Both the position numbers and the translations under genes were made by a program. The notes under the pieces are model-generated. The model worked only from the letters and a program-made list of their open reading frames with translations. It made no database searches and was not told where the DNA came from. DNA of 64,000 nt from Sphingobacteriales bacterium (lineage in GTDB: Bacteria > Bacteroidota > Bacteroidia > Chitinophagales > JADIYW01), in assembly GCA_016699615.1 (NCBI GenBank), contig CP064984.1, positions 2,383,855-2,447,854 on the forward strand, given 5' to 3'. Below are positions 63,636-64,000 of the stretch, piece after piece. Each line of letters starts with the position of its first letter. The first letter of the stretch is position 1.

Positions 63636-64000
63636 TTAATCTTTAACACAACGGACATTGTAAAATATGTTTGCATGTGGACCTTCAATTACATAAATAT
63701 CTGGAAATGTATTATCCATTGCTTGGTAGTATGCCCTAGCTGTAGTTGCACCTTCTGTACTTGACCATAAGAATGAACTTGCACCTACAGATTGGAATGT
63801 TGATGTAGATGCACTATATCTACCTGCTAATATTTGGCCAAATCCTGTTGTATTTGTTCCTTGTCCAGTACCACCACCTTGGTCTTGTCTTTTAAGAGTA
63901 TTGCCATCATCTACAACAGCAGCAGATAATGCATCAAATTCTTCTTTTGATGGTAGATGCCATCCTGTAGGACATACACCTTTTACAATGCCTGTGCCAC
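63636..64000 (-). CDS. FISUMP (Fibrobacter succinogenes major paralogous) domain protein, C-terminal part only (the gene continues past the right edge)
   Basis: Not in the ORF track because it has no start in the window. My minus-strand translation reads ..GVCPTGWHLPSKEEFDALS..GFGQILAGRY..FLWSSTE..NVRCVKD*, the TIGR02145-type signature. Confidence 0.7.
   Translation of the reverse strand, partial: GTGIVKGVCPTGWHLPSKEEFDALSAAVVDDGNTLKRQDQGGGTGQGTNTTGFGQILAGRYSASTSTFQSVGASSFLWSSTEGATTARAYYQAMDNTFPDIYVIEGPHANIFYNVRCVKD

Noticed and set aside
1-64000. tRNA, rRNA, tmRNA, RNase P, SRP RNA, riboswitches (TPP upstream of thiH; Thr leader upstream of thrA)
   Set aside because: I saw no T-arm GGTTCGAATCC-type motifs outside coding repeats and no conserved cores of the other RNAs. 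thiH starts 7 nt after ilvB, leaving no room for a riboswitch. By-eye scanning cannot exclude small RNAs, so an Infernal/tRNAscan run is needed.

Overview
This is an AT-rich chromosomal segment, roughly one-third G+C by eye, that looks Bacteroidota-type. The lineage markers are a T9SS type-B C-terminal sorting domain, PorP/SprF, a FISUMP domain, a bacilliredoxin and TAnnTTTG -7 boxes. The left 11.8 kb is the 3' part of a giant surface-protein gene that runs off the left edge. It holds at least 17 nearly identical 555-bp (185-codon) tandem units, then a unique region, then a T9SS type-B CTD. Its porP/sprF-like and PorE-like (TPR/beta-propeller/OmpA) partner genes follow. The remaining ~48 kb is mostly housekeeping: ilvB, thiH, thrA-thrB, plsC, valS, rnhA, nth, two acyl-CoA dehydrogenases plus a FATP-like acyl-CoA synthetase, a suf Fe-S operon, an Mqn radical-SAM gene, aspS, kdsA, rarA, lpxD, tilS, folC, ribF, pnp and rpsO. 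Five things merit a second look. (1) The architecture of the repeat array and its lesions: two compensating indels and a cluster of 14 substitutions that are all to G. (2) Two non-suf genes are inserted in the suf operon: a putative AbiC-like membrane protein and an Avd/23S-IVS-family four-helix-bundle gene bracketed by inverted repeats. (3) Twin perfect palindromes sit in the sufB leader. (4) About 32-nt tandem repeats bracket an AAA/DUF4143 ATPase gene. (5) At least 12 genes are split by single-base frameshifts, including essential aspS, sufB, sufS and folC, mostly at homopolymers. I read these frameshifts as probable consensus errors rather than true decay, but I cannot prove that from sequence alone. 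I recognised no rRNA, tRNA, CRISPR array, transposase or integrase. Motif coordinates and homopolymer lengths were read by eye and may be off by 1-2 nt.
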